Positions 11,372 to 24,836 of a stretch of DNA of 64,000 bases are shown piece by piece. Every line of letters starts with the position of its first letter. The stretch's first letter is position 1. Origin of the DNA: Camelus ferus (taxonomy: Eukaryota); contig NC_045696.1 of the NCBI RefSeq assembly GCF_009834535.1, positions 118,980,001-119,044,000 on the forward strand, read 5' to 3'. A program made the translations under genes and the position numbers. The notes beneath the pieces are model-generated. The model was given only the letters and a program-made list of their open reading frames with translations. It did no database searches and was not told where the DNA came from.

Positions 11372-12137
11372 TCCAACCTCTCCACTGAAAGATCTCAAAC
11401 TCAACCAAATGTTGATCCCTCCTCCCCTCCCCCACCAAACAGGAAAACACCCGGCCACCTACAGCCTTTTTCATGGGTTGATGGCAACTCCATCTTCGAA
11501 GATACTCAGGCCAAAAACTTTAGAGTCATCTTCATTCCTTTATTTCTCTCACGGCCCCCTAATCCAATCCGTCAACACGTCATGTCAGCTCCATCTTAAG
11601 ATGTATCCAGAACCCAGCACTTCTCGCCAGCTTTCCTTTCCAGTTCCCACTCTGGTCTAAGCCATCACCATCTCATCTCAGGATCCAGAATACTCTTTAA
11701 AACCTAAGTCAGATCTCACTGTGTTGCTTTGAAAACTATCTGATGACTCCCTAACGTCACACCCAGTAAAAACCAGGACTAACTAACAAGGCTTTATAAA
11801 GCGAAATATGATCTGCACCCTCCTCCCCGTCACCTCTCAGACCTGGTGTCCCTCACTCCACTCTCTCTGCTCAGGCCACTTTGACCTTGAACGCGCCAGC
11901 AGGCCATGGCCTAAGGACTTGTGCTCCGGCAGGGACCCACATGGCTCACTCCCTCACCTGCTTCCCAGTCTGATCAATCTGTTCAGTCCTACCCTCTCTC
12001 TCCAGCCTGGCTCCCACCCCAACATTTCTGGTCCTCCGAATCCTGACCTACTTTTTCCGCAGCCCTGGAACTCTCTGCCCCCAATATCCACACGACTCAC
12101 TCATCCCTCACCCAGCACTCAATAAATATCTGATGAA
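11372..12137 (+). mobile_element. L2a 3' portion
   Basis: caggccaaaaactttagagtcatc…taagtcagatc…cactcaataaatatctgatgaat tail. Confidence 0.8.
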
Positions 12138-12468
12138 TTAGAGAACTTCTCTTGTGCAAAATGAAGCACATCAGTGAAATTTTCAGAAGCTTAAAAATAT
12201 TTCCTGACCTTGCCTTCTCACCCCCTCGACACACAATGTATGAGCAATTTTGTTCAGTGTTCAGTGGTTTTATTACATCAAAAGTCAGGACCAGCTCTTT
12301 ACAAATTTATATCAATAAAATTTCTCTTTACCATCCCACCTTGTCTTTCAACCCTGTTTTACTTTCTCTTTTCCTCCCATCTCTCTTACTTTCTATCCTG
12401 TGTTTACTGAACCCCAGTTTAAGCCAGTTAGCACCGATACAACAGGACGGTGATGAATCTTCCTTATC

Positions 12469-12631
12469 TTCACTGTCCAGTGTGGTAGCCGGTAGCCACA
12501 CGTGGTGACTGAGCACTTGAAATGTGGCCAGCACAACCGAGGAACTAAATTCTTAATTAAAAAACCAAGTTTAATTGATTCAGACTTAAATAGCCACATG
12601 TGGCTAGTGGCTACTGTATTGGAAAATGCAG
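12469..12631. mobile_element. MER3-like hAT MITE
   Basis: ctgtccagtgtggtagcc…agccacatgtggctagtggctactgtattgga; internally palindromic. Confidence 0.85.
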
Positions 12632-12929
12632 CTCCCTCCTTAAAGAACATTCACTAGCTCTCTGGGGAAAAATATATCTTCTTACAAAGTGCCCGTACAA
12701 ATAGCTCAGTCATCATTAGATGAATTCGCAAGAAAACCAGTTAGTATTGCCTCTTGATTAAGAATTTGGGGAAGTATTACAGAAAGAAGTGGCTTCTTGA
12801 GAGTCAAACTTTAGATCAAATACGAAGTTTTGAGTTACACCCAAGATGGCCAGGGCTGGGGGAAGGAGAGACTGGAACGGGGTCGCAGGGTTCCTCCATC
12901 TCTTCCGTGTCTCACTGCCAAGATCAGAG

Positions 12930-13630
12930 GTGATAATAATAAAAATTAACCTCCCCTCCTTAAGCACTGTACCAGGCACTGTGCAAGCACCTGTTTTTAA
13001 GATATATATTTTCATTAAGATATGTATTTTATCAATACACACCACACACACACATATATACACCAATCCTCAAGTGGAAATGTGTTTATATTTTTCTCTA
13101 TTTTTTTCCATAACACACACGGTTCTTCCTAACGGAATCCCCGTTGTACAAACGTCTTTTTGTACTTCTGCATCTTTTTTAGGCTCTTAAAAGTGCAATT
13201 AAAAAAAATTTATCAAAGTGGAGTTGATTTACAATGTTAGTTTCAGGTGGACAGCAAAGTGATTCAGTTATACATAAACATACATATATATTCTTTTTCA
13301 GATTCTTTTCCATTATATGTTATTACAAGAAATTGAATATAGTTCCCTGTGCTAGACAGTAGGCCCTTGTTGTTTCTCTATTTTATACATAGTCATGTGT
13401 GTCTGTTAATCCCCAACCCCTAATTTTTAAAGCACTTTTTAAAATCGATAATCTCATCAAGTTCTCGCAATCACCCTGCGAGGCTGGTTTAACTCTTTCC
13501 ATGTCCATGACAGGGACGGAGAAATGGGGCTTCTCGGAGCACCACTCCCCACCCAGCTGGCCTGAGCTGCTGACCATCTGACCCCGGAGCCTGAGTGGTA
13601 CCCAGTACCCCTGTTCTCTCCTCTCCCTGA
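12930..13630 (-). mobile_element. MIR interrupted by an L1 3' fragment (13207-13426, minus strand)
   Basis: MIR pieces (gcactgtaccaggcactgtgcaagc; tcaccctgcgagg…acagggacggagaaatgggg) flank an inverted L1 3'UTR (gttgatttacaatgttagtttcaggt…). Confidence 0.75.
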
Positions 13631-14344
13631 GCTGCTGTTTAAGCCACAGCACAAGAGCACAGTAACACGGGATACTAGAGGGACGGAGACAGAAATTCAG
13701 ACAGTGAACTTGAGATTTTGTAGGGCTTACACGGCCATGACAAGGTCAAGGGCATCGTCCGAGGTAGACAGGCTCAGGTACGGTGGCCAACCAGATGGCT
13801 GGAAGAACTCCCACACAGAACTAGCTGGTTAAAACCAAAATTTTGTCCTAGTTTCTATATGTAGGTCAAAAGTAGGTGGCAAATTGTGAAGGTACTCAAG
13901 TTTTTTGTTTGTTTTTTATTTCACTAGCAGGCACACCCAGCAGAAGACTCAGCCTGCCTCTTTCCTGCAGCTGATCTTCATTAGTGTTTACTGCTCCCGG
14001 GTACAAATGATACTGCTCAGAACTGGATTAGGGGGAGATCTGGTCTAAATTAAACCTGTAATAAATGAGCACTGTTTACATTCCCTCACACCCGCCCTTC
14101 TCCACACACACATCAAATTACTCTGGAAATGAAATGCAAAGTAAAACGAGGGAGGCCTCTGTTCTTCATTAACGTGTAATTACGACTTGTGGGGCTCCCC
14201 TGCTGGGTGGAGGACAGCCCAGGGCAGGGCTGGGGGGCTTGAGGCTGGGACAATCCTCGTGGCTGCTATTAACTATGGAGGGAGTACGATTTTCACATCT
14301 TTGTGCAGAGATGAATAATAATGAGGATGTGGATGGGTCTCCCC

Positions 14345-14724
14345 AGCTGAAATCAAGACACTGCAGGACTGTGTCCCTTTCTGTGGGCTCTGGGTGGGGT
14401 CCACCTCCTTGCCTTTTCCAGCTTCTAGAAGCCACCTGCATTCCTCAGCTCCAGTCTCCCTTCTGCCATCTTCAAAGCCAGCAAAAGTAGGTTGAGTCCT
14501 TCTTAAATCATGTCACCTTGACCTTCTTCCATTTTTAAGGACCCCGTGGTTACCCTGGGCCCAAGCAGATAATCTTCCTGTTTTAAGATCCTCTGATTAG
14601 CAACCTTAATTCCATCTGCAACCTCATTCCCTTTGCCAGGTAACCGGACACATTCACAGGTTCCAGGGATTAGGATGTGGGCATCTCAGGCTGGAGGGAT
14701 GGGGGCATTATTCTTCCCATCACG
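14345..14724 (-). mobile_element. MLT1C/D-like MaLR LTR
   Basis: ttccagcttctagaagccacctgcattcct…ccatcttcaaagccagca…cacaggttccagggattagga. Confidence 0.85.
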
Positions 14725-15000
14725 TATCCCAACCTCAGGGATCCTTCTACCCTCTGGGAACCAAAATCCACTGCCCCTACAACTTAGAACTTTCTGTCAC
14801 CTTGCCTCATGTCATTACTTCTGTCTTTTCCCAGCCAGAATTACATGGTCAGGTACTAAAATCTTTCATACCCTTGTCCTCCTCTCCTGCTTCATCATTC
14901 TTACCTGGCAAAACCTCAAAGAATTGGCTTTAATCCAATTCTCTGCCTGATCTGCACCTGCATCCATGCAGCTAAAAAAAAAAAAAAAAAAAAAGGCCAG

Positions 15001-16370
15001 ACACAGGAACAGACATATGGATCAATGGGAACAGAATAGAGTCCAGAAATAAACCCATACACCTACTGTCAACTACTGTTCGACAAAGGAGGCAAGAATA
15101 CACAATGGAGAAAAGACAGTTTCTTCAGCAAGTGGTGTTGCGGAAGCTGGGTAGCCACACGTAAATCAGTGCAGTTAGAACACTCCCTCATACCATACAC
15201 AGAAATAAACTCAAAATAGCTTAAAGACTTAAACATAAGACAGGACACCGTAAATCTCCTAGAAAACGTAAGCAAAATATTCTCTGACATACCTTGTAGC
15301 AATGTTCTCCTAGGTCAGTCTCCCAAGGCAATCGAAATAAAAGCAAAAATTAACAAATCGGACCTAATTAACCTTATAAGCGTTTGCACAGCAAAGGAAA
15401 CCATAAACAAAACAAAAAGACAACCTATGGACTGGGGAAAAAATATTTGCAAACGATGCAACCAACAAGGGCTTAATTTCCAAAATATACAAACAGCTCA
15501 TATGACTTAAGAAACAAAAAATAAACAACCCAATCAAAACATGGGTAGAAAACCTGATTAGATATTTTTTGAAAGAATATATACAAATGGCCAATAGGCA
15601 CATGAAAAGATGCTTAACATAAATATTAGAGAAAAGTAAATCAAAACTACAATGAGGTATCACCTTAAACAGGTCAGAATGGCTATCATTAAAAAGTCTA
15701 CAAATAATAAATGCTGAAGAGGGTGCAGAGAAAAGGGAATCTCCTACACTGTTGGTAGGAATGTAAATAGGTACAACCACTATGGAAAACAGTATGGATG
15801 TTCTTCAAAAACCTCAAAATATGCCATATAATCCAGCAATCCCACTCCTGGGCATATATCCAGAGGAAACTCTAATTTGGAAAGATATATGCACTCCAAT
15901 GTTCATAACAGCACTATTTGCAATAGCCAATACATAGAAGCAACCTAAATGTCCATTGACAGATGAATGGATAAAGAAGATGTGGTGTATATATACATAA
16001 TGGAATATTACTCAGCCATTAAAAAGAATGAAATAATGCTATTTGCAGCAACATGGATGGACCCAGAGATTATCATATTAAGTGAGGTAAGGCAGACAGA
16101 GAAAGACAAATATATGATGTCACTTATATGTGGAATCTAAAAAAATGATGTAAGTATACTTATTTACAAAACAGAAACAGACTCACAGACACAGGAAACA
16201 AATTTACAGGTACCAAAGGGGAAAATGGGGGAGAGGGACAAATTCGGAGTTTGGGATTAATATATACACACTACTATATAAAAAACTGATAAACAACAAG
16301 GTCTTACTGTATAGCACAAGGAACTATATTCAATATCCTGTAATAAACCATAATGGAAAAGAAGAAAAAA
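15001..16370 (+). mobile_element. 5'-truncated L1 (ORF2 C-terminus plus partial 3'UTR)
   Basis: ORF2 C-terminal motifs (HMDQW, FSKWC, CWWEC-like); ends early in an A-rich 3'UTR tract; near-TSD aaaaggccaga / aaaagactaga. Confidence 0.9.
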
Positions 16371-17441
16371 GACTAGAGAAAGTACACTACCAGTAGGACC
16401 ATAAAACTGCCCACCAATTGTACTACATCTCCCTGGTCTGTTCATTCTCCTCCATGACAATTTCACTCCATTTTGTCCTTCAAATATGACCCCACCCCAT
16501 TCATACTTTTAGCCAATGACCTTTACACTGAAAAACAGAAGCAACCAAGAGACCTTCTGCAAGTCCCTCCATCATATCTACCAATGCACAAGCACAGGTT
16601 CTCATTTCCTCTGGCTTCCCCCCCGATACTCCCTGAAATCTAACCAGGCCAGCATCTCCTCTTGTGTCTAAATTTAAGCCCCTTGACCTCATCATTCCCA
16701 TTAAAACAAAAGCATGTGTTGTGTCTCTTATCCTAAAAACAAACAACAAACTCTTGACCCCCACTGATCCTTCCAGCTATCATCGCATTTCTCTGTTACC
16801 CTTTAGAGCAACACTCCTGAAGAAAGTTACCTGTATTTGTTGTGTCCTAGTCCTCTCTTTCAATTCTCTTTCAACCTTCTGCAGTCAGACTTTTGACCCC
16901 ACCCCCTATTCCAAACTGTCCTTGTGGAGGTCACCAAAAGATCACGATGCTGGGAAATCCAAGGGTCTATTTTCAGCCCAAATCTTACTTTGCATACTGA
17001 CTGTCCCATTGTCCTTGAAACATTTTCCTCACTTGACTTTCAGAACTCTCCTGGTTTTCCACCTACTTTGCTGGTCACTTTTCAGTCCCCTTTGCTAGTT
17101 CCTCCTGGGCTGAAGCACCAGACCAGTTCTTGATCCTCATGACTTTTCTATCTATCTACACTCCCTTCTTAATGAGCTCACCCTCTTTCATGGCTTTAAA
17201 AATATCTATATAGTGATGATGCTCAAATGTGTATCTCCAAATCTTAACCCTCCGAGTGACCCCCACACTCAGAGACAGCCACTTCTTGACACAGGCACCT
17301 AAACATCTGATAGACATCTCAAAGCCCACCATGTTCAAAACTGGCTAATGATCTTCTCCTCAGAACCTGATCTACTCACAGTCTTCCTCATTTCAGTTTC
17401 TGGTAGGTCCATCTTGTTGCTTAGGCTAAAAATCTTGCAAC

Positions 17442-20400
17442 TTTTTTTTGGTAGGCACGTATTATTCTACAATAAATGTTCATATTTAACAAAAAAATAT
17501 AAAGAGCAAAAAACCTACAAAACTTAAGGTATTCCACTTTTTTAAATTGAAATATAGTTGGAAAACTAACTTCAAAATGGCAATAAACACACATCTATCA
17601 ATAATTACCATAAACGTCAATGGACTAAATGCTCCAATAAAAGATATGGAGTGGCAGACTGGATAATAAAACAAGAACCTACAATATTCTGCATACAAGA
17701 GGCTCACTTTAGGGAGAAGGACACATATAGATTGAAAGTGAGAGGATGGAAAAAGATATTTCATGCAAACGGAAATGACAAGAAAGGAACAGCAATTCTG
17801 ATTTCAGATAAAATAGACTTTAAAGCAAAGGCCATAAAGAAAGCTAACGAAGGACATTATATAATGATTAAAGGAGCAATACAAGATGAGAATATTATAC
17901 TCATTAACATATGCACCCAATAATGAAGCACCTAAATACATAAAGCAAATACTAACAGAAATAAAGGGAGAAATTGATGGGAACACAATCATAGTAGGAG
18001 ACTTTAACACCCCATTAACATCATTGGACAGATCTTCCAGACAGAAAATTAATAAGGCAACAGAGAAACTAAATGACACAATAGAACAATTGGAGTTGGT
18101 TGATATTTTCAGAATATTACATCCTTGAAAAATACACATTCTTTTCAAGTGCACATGGAACATTTTCTAGGATAGATCAGGTACTCAAGCACAAAAGAAG
18201 CCTCAACAAATTTAAGAGGATAGAAATTATTTCAAGCATCTTTTCTGACCACAGTGCCATGAAACTAGAAATCAACCACAGAAAAACAAAGGAGAAAAAA
18301 AATGACAGCACAGAGATTAAACAACATGCTACTAAAAAAAACCAATGGGTCAAAGATGAAATCAAAGAAGAAAATACTTTGAGACAAACACCGATGAAAA
18401 CACAACCACATTAAATCTAGGATGCAGCAAAAGCAGTCCCCAAGAGGGAAGTTCATACCAATACAGGCCTTCCTCAAAAAACAAGAACAATCTCAAATAA
18501 TCTAACCTACCACCTAAAAGAATTAGAAAAAAAAAAGAACAGACAAAACCTAAAGTCAGCAGAAGGAAGGCAATAATAAAGATCAGGGAGGAAATAAATA
18601 AAATAGAGATAAAAAAACAATAGAAAAAAATCAATCAAACCAACAGCTGGTGTTTTGAAAGAGTAAACAAAATTGACAAACCTCCTGCCAGGTTCACCAA
18701 GAAGAAAAGAGAGAGAACACAAATAAACAAAATAACCAAGGAAAATGGAGAAATTACAGCCAATACCACAGAAATACAAAACATCATAAGAGAATACTAT
18801 GAACAACTATATGGATACAAACTAGATAACCTAGAAGAAATGGACAAGTTTCTGGAAACATACAGTCCACCAAGATTGAATCAAGAAGAAATCGACCACT
18901 TGAACAGACCAATCACTAGAAATGAAATAGAATTAGCAATAAAAAACGTCCCTGCAAACATAAGTCTAGGACCAGATGGCTTCACTGGGGAATTCTACCA
19001 ATTATACAAAGAAGAACTCATACCTGTCTTTCTCAAACTCTTCCAAAAGATTGAAAAGGAGGGAATACTCCCAAACTCATTCTATGAAGTCACTACCACC
19101 TTGATACCGAAACCCAACACAGACGCTACCAAAGAAGAAAATTACAGGCCAGTATCACTGATGAACATAGATGCAAAAATCCTCAACAAAATATTAGCAA
19201 ACAGAATCCAACAACACATAAAAAAGATCATACACCATGATCAAGTTGGATTCATCCCAGGAACACAAGGATGGTTCAACATACACAAATTAATCAATGT
19301 AATACATGACATCCACAGAAGAAAGGACAAAAATTACATGATCATCTCAACAGATGCAGAAAAAGCATTTGATAAAATTCAACACCCATTTATAATAAAA
19401 ACCTTATCAAAGTGGGTATAGAGGGAACATATCTCCACATAATAAAAGACAAGACAAGGTTGCTCACTCTCACCATTTCTATTCAACATAATATTGGAAG
19501 TCCTAGCCAAAGCAATCAGGCAAGAAAAAGAAATAAAAGGGATCCAAATTGGAAAAGAAAAGGTAAAATTGTCACAATATGCAGATGACATGATACTATA
19601 TATAGAAAACCCTAAAAGCGCCACACAAAAACTACTAGAGCTAATAAAAGGATTCAGCAAGGTAGCATGATGCTAGATTAACATACAAAAATTAGTTGCA
19701 TTTCTTTACACTAACAATGAATCAACAGAAAAAGAAAGTAAAGAAACAATCCCCTTTAAAGTTGCACCCAAAACAATAAAATACTTAGGAATAAATCTGA
19801 CCAAGGAAGTGAAAGACTTATACATAGAGAACTACAAAACATTGATTAAAGAAATTAAAGAAGACTTAAAGAAATGGAAATAGATCCCATGCTTCTGGAT
19901 TGGAAGAATAAATATTGTTAAAATGGCCATACTGCCCAAGGCAATCTACAGATTTAACGCAATCCATATCAAATTACCAAGGACATTTTTTACAGAACTG
20001 GAACAAATGATCCTAAGATTTATACGGAATCACAAAAGACCCAGAACTGCCAAAGCAATACTGAAGAAAGAGAACAAAGCTGGAGGAATAACCCTCCCAG
20101 ACTTCAGACAGTATTACAGAGCTACAGTAATCAAAACAGCATGGTATTGGCATAAAAACAGCCATATGGATCAATGGAACAGAATAGAGAGATAAATAAA
20201 TCCACGGACCTATGGTCAATTAATCTTCAACAAAGGAGGCAAGAATATACAATGGAGAAAAGACAGTCTCTTCAGCAAGCGGTGTTGGGAAAACTGGACA
20301 GCAGCATGTAAATCATTGAAGTTAGAACACTCCCTCACTCAATACACAGAAATAAAGTCAAAATGGCTTAAAGACTTAAATACAAGATAAGATATGATAA

Positions 20401-21955
20401 ATCTCCTAGAAGAAAACATAGGCAAAACATTCTCTGACATAAACCTTAGCAACGTTCTCCTAGGGCACTCTACCCAGGCAATGGAAATAAGAGTTAAAGT
20501 AAACAAATGAGACCTAATTAAACTCATAAGCTTTTGCACAGCAAAGGAAACTATAAGCAACACAAAATGACAATCTACGGAATGGGAGAAAATATTTGCA
20601 AATGATGCAATTGACAAAGGCTTAATTTCCAGAATATATAAACAGCTCATAAAACTTAATAACAAACAAACAAAAAAAACCCAACCCAATCCAGAAACGG
20701 GCAGAAGACCTAAACAAGCATTTCTCCAATGAACAAACAAATGGCCGGTAGACATATGAAAAAATGCTCTAATTATCAGAGAAATGCAAATCAAAACTAC
20801 AGTGAGATATCACCTCACACCAGTCAGAATGGCCATGATTCAAAAGTCCACAAACGATTAATACTGGAGATGGTGTGGAAAAAAAGGAACTCTCCTACAC
20901 TGCTGGTGGGAATATAGTTTGGTGTAGCCATTATGGAAAACAGTATGGAGATTCCTCAAAAAACTAAAAATGGATCAAACTTACCATATGATCCAGCAAT
21001 TCCAATTCTGGGTATATATCCAGAGGGAACTCTAATGTGAAAAGATACATGCAACCCAATGTTCTAGCAGCACTATATACAACAGCCAAGACATTGAAGC
21101 AACCTAAATGTCCATTGACAGATGACTGGATAAAGAAGTTGTGGTGTATCTACATAATGGAATATTATTCAGCCATAAAAAAGAATAAAATAATGCCATT
21201 GGCAGCAGCATGGATGGACCTAGAGGTCATCATTGTAACTGAAGTAAGCCAGAAACGAAAGAAAAATACCATATGATATCACTTATATGTGGAATCTAAA
21301 ATTTTTAAAAAGGACACTATGAACTCATCTACAAAACAGAAACAGACTCGCAGACATAGTATACGATCTTATTGGGGAAAGAGGGTGGGAGGGGATAAAT
21401 TTGGGAGTTTGAGATCTACAAATGTTAGCCACTATATATAAAGACAGATTTTTTAAAAGTTTCTTTTGTGTAACACAGGGAACTATGTTCAATATCTTGT
21501 AATAACCTTCAATGGAAAAAAAATATAAAAACGTATATATGTATGTATATGCATGACTGGGACATTATGCTGTACACCAGAGATTGACACATTGTAACTG
21601 AGTGTACGTCAATTAAAAAAAAAAAAGGATAGTTGATTTACAATGTTGTTAGTTTCTGGTGTATAGCATAGTGATTCAGTTATATATATAACTTTTTCAC
21701 ATTCTTTTTCATTATAAGTTATTACAAGCTATTGAATATAGTTCCCTGTGTTATATAGTAGGACCTTGTTGTTTATTTTATATGTAGTAGTTAGTATCTG
21801 AAACTCCCCAACTCCCAGTTTATCCCTCCCCACCCTTGTTCCCCATAACCATAAGTTTTTTTCAATGTCTGTGAGTCTGTTTCTGTTTTGTAAATAAGTT
21901 CATTTGTATCATTTTTTCAGATTCTACATATAACTGATATCTTATGGTATTTTCC
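17442..21955 (-). mobile_element. Host minus-strand L1 3' fragment (17538-17560 plus 21629-21955) with probable 3' transduction
   Basis: tttttaaattgaaatatagttg continues as atagttgatttacaatg after the nested L1; second T-run at 17442-17449. Confidence 0.8.
17561..21626 (+). mobile_element. L1 with near-complete but disrupted ORF2 (EN+RT) and 3'UTR/polyA
   Basis: ORF2 ATG at 17577 (MAINTHLSIITINVNGLNAPIKR); EN motifs (QEAH, GDFN, SDH); RT motifs (YRPVSL, DAEKAFD, YADD at ~19578); frameshifts and stops; ~70-bp deletion near 19448; TSD core ATAGTTG. Confidence 0.97.
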
Positions 21956-22882
21956 TTGGTCTTTCTCCTGCAGCCATTCTTGAGTCCTCTTTTTCTTTTC
22001 TATATCCCATTTACATCAAATCCTTGACTTGATCTTCAAAGTATCCAGCACTCCGTCGACTTCTCACCAGTTCCACAGCTGCCAGCCTGGTCCAAGCCAC
22101 CACTGTCTGGCGTCAGTTATTATAATAACCTCCTAACCGTTCTGCCTACTTCCACCCCGGCCCTGCCCTGTGGTCTAGTACAACTCAGCAGCCAGAGCGA
22201 CCCCTGTAAACGTTCAGTCAAATTATGTCTGTGGTTCTTCATTTTACTCAGAATAAAAGCCAGGGTCCTTAAAGGGCATACGCAGCCCTCAGAGTCCTGG
22301 CTCCCACTCGCCTCCCACTCTCCTCCGCTTGCCCTCCCCCGCCACCACCCTGCCCTCCTTGGGGTTTACTTGACTCTCCAGGCCTCCACCACCTCCGGCT
22401 CTGGATGTGCTCTTTCTGCCCGCTTCCAGGATGCCCCTCCTCCCTTCCCCTCCACCTCGTGTAACTGCGTGACTCACTCCCTGGTTAAAGTAATCTCCCT
22501 GAGAAAATCTTCCTAGTCTCTCACCTCAAAATCACATGCCTCATCCCTTCCCATTCTGCTTCCCTGCCTGATTTTTTTCGTGGGATTTATAGCTTCAAAA
22601 AGACTATAAAGTGTAATGACTTTGTAGACTGCATTCCCTGGAATCTAAGCACCACGAGGGCAGGATTTTGTCTGATTTGTTTGTTCCTATGCACCCAAGG
22701 CTTGGTATATAATAGGTGTTCAAAAAATATTAGTTGGATATGAATGAATGCGTGGGTCTTTTACAAGAAGATGGTTCTCAGTCAGAAGCTGGACTGTTAA
22801 AAAATTCAGGGAATTTTAACCCATCATACACCTATGCACATCACTCTAATTAAAAAAAATTGTAAAGGAAATATAGTAAATA

Positions 22883-23430
22883 TTGTTCGTTGCCTACAAG
22901 AGCTATTCTCCTCTCTCCTCTCTGTATCTGTTTTATGCTAATACAACTCTGGTTTTGTTTGTGGTGAGTGTCCCTACCTCCAGGAGGTGAATTACAGTGG
23001 GTCTAAGACAGTTGTGGTGATTTTAGAAACTCATTTTTTGTAGTCACTTTGCACTTACAGGCAGCCACGTGCTCCTACCAAACATGAGCATGTCAGTTAG
23101 AGCACATCTGGGAAGGACTCTCCACTCATCCTTTTCTTTCCTGCTTTGAATCTCCAGATGTTTGGGGATATAATGTTTGGAGCTATAGCAGCCAGATTGT
23201 GACCATGAGTTCACAGACTTAAGAAAGAGAGCCTTCACCATGAGGATGGTAGAGCAGAATGACACAAACAGGCTGAGCATTTGATGATACTACTGAGCCT
23301 TTGGACCAGATCCTGGAACTACCTACTTTCAGACTTTCTGTTTCATGAAAGACTTAAATATCTTTTTTGCTTAAGCCTCTGCTTGTCAGGTGCTCTGCTG
23401 TTTTTCACCAAAAGCATTCCAAATGGATAC
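22883..23430 (+). mobile_element. MLT1H/J-like MaLR LTR
   Basis: 3' end ttcagactttctg…gcttaagcc…aaagcattccaaatggataca. Confidence 0.6.
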
Positions 23431-23502
23431 AGGCCTTGGTGAACCTTGGAGTGAACCTGTGACATCGAGGGACACCACGTGTGACTGATTTTGTGCAGAT
23501 TT

Positions 23503-24145
23503 ACTGTGGCTCTTAAACCTCAGGGTGCATCAGAATCACCTGGCAAGCTGGTCAAAGTGCAGGTTTCATGGCCCCACCTTCAGAGATTCCAGTGCAGGAG
23601 GTCTGGGGTGGGCAGAGGAGCCCGTCTCTGGTAGCCACAGAGGAGAGTTGCTCGGTCTCCCTCCAAGAAAGAACTTGCCTCCCAGCTGTGAGGAGCATGG
23701 TCAACTGATGGCTTCCAGTGGTTTAGCAGCCGTAGGGTCCCCCTTAGTTTCTGAGCCAGAGCCACATTCTTCCCCCGCCATCAGGGAAGTACAGTGCGGG
23801 TACTAGGGCGCAGCCATTCCTGCCCATGGTGCGACTCTAATGGGCAGTGTTTTCTCTGAAACTCCCCAGTGGGTTGGTGGAGACTCCGTCAGATCTGCAT
23901 CACGCTCCGGGCACTGTCTGTCTGGTCCTGTCTCCTGCCCTCGTTCCATTCTTCCGCAGGTATCAGATGAGCACTGTGCTGTGGAACCGCCTGCACCCAA
24001 TACCACTGCCCAGTAAAGCTCCTGTGTTCCTAATGCCATCTCAGGGTCTGCTTCCCGGAGGCACCCAATGAACACAATGACATTTTAAAGAAGCACCTAG
24101 GTTTAATTCTCGTGCAGGTGACCTGTGATTAAAGTGTGGGAAAGC
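23503..24145. mobile_element. MER5A-like element split by an LTR16-like ERVL LTR (~23629-24076)
   Basis: gcatcagaatcacctgg…ggtctggggtggg, resuming as cattttaaagaagcacc; the insert ends catctcagggtctgcttcccggag…aca. Confidence 0.7.
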
Positions 24146-24729
24146 TAGTGTCGAATTTGGGTTCTTTGCTCCTTACTCCAGCTCAGGGGATGGCGAGAGA
24201 TGTCATGTCTCAGACTCTGCCTCCCTGTCCCTGCCTCTTTATTATTCTCTGGTGATACTTCATTTTTTCCCACCAGTACATATAGCAGGAACTTTTCGCA
24301 GATGGGCCCAACCCTGGCACCACCGAGGAAACTATGGTGCAAACTATTTGCTGTTGAATCACTTTACAAAAATGGCACAAAACGATCGTGCGTGCAGGGT
24401 CACCTTGCTCAGGTGTCGCAGCGCTTCTGTGGCGCACTTGGCAAGGCCTCTGTCTTTCACTTTCTGCCGGGCAGCTGGTAGGCCCAGCAGGGGCTCTGAC
24501 TTTTTCAATTGCAGTGTTCTTCTGGATGCTCTTCTTTCATTCTTTGGGATAACAGGGGCTGATAAGGGAAGTGGGCACCCGTGGGAGCAAGAACATCACA
24601 GAGGCCCGCCACAAAGAAAAGTCCCAAATGTGGCAAGTGCTGCTTCACCGTGTCACCTGGAGCCAGCCTTAGCTGAAGCTCGCTTTCAGGAGTCCGCCTT
24701 TAAAAACTGACTTTTACTGAAGCCCACCT

Positions 24730-24836
24730 TTGTTTTCTTTCTTTCTCTTTTTTCCTTCTTAACAGAGGCACTGGGGATTGAACCCAGGACCTCATGCATG
24801 CCAAGCATGTGCTCTCCTACTGAGCTATGCTCCCCC
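24730..24836 (-). mobile_element. Vic-1-type SINE
   Basis: Reverse-complement B box ggggattgaacccagga, A box tgagcta, T-rich tail. Confidence 0.85.

Larger units (their letters stand above)
14730..22752 (+). mobile_element. Long L2 fossil split by L1 insertions (pieces ~14730-14973, 16375-17441, 21965-22752)
   Basis: L2 RT region including YADD-equivalent tatagtgatgat (~17209); sequence continues across insertions (ggctaaaaatctt | gccattcttgagtcctc); tgaatgaatg tail. Confidence 0.75.

Noticed and set aside
17577..21276. Functional L1 ORF2 / reverse transcriptase gene
   Set aside because: Many frameshifts and stops, an internal deletion, and no ORF1 or promoter.
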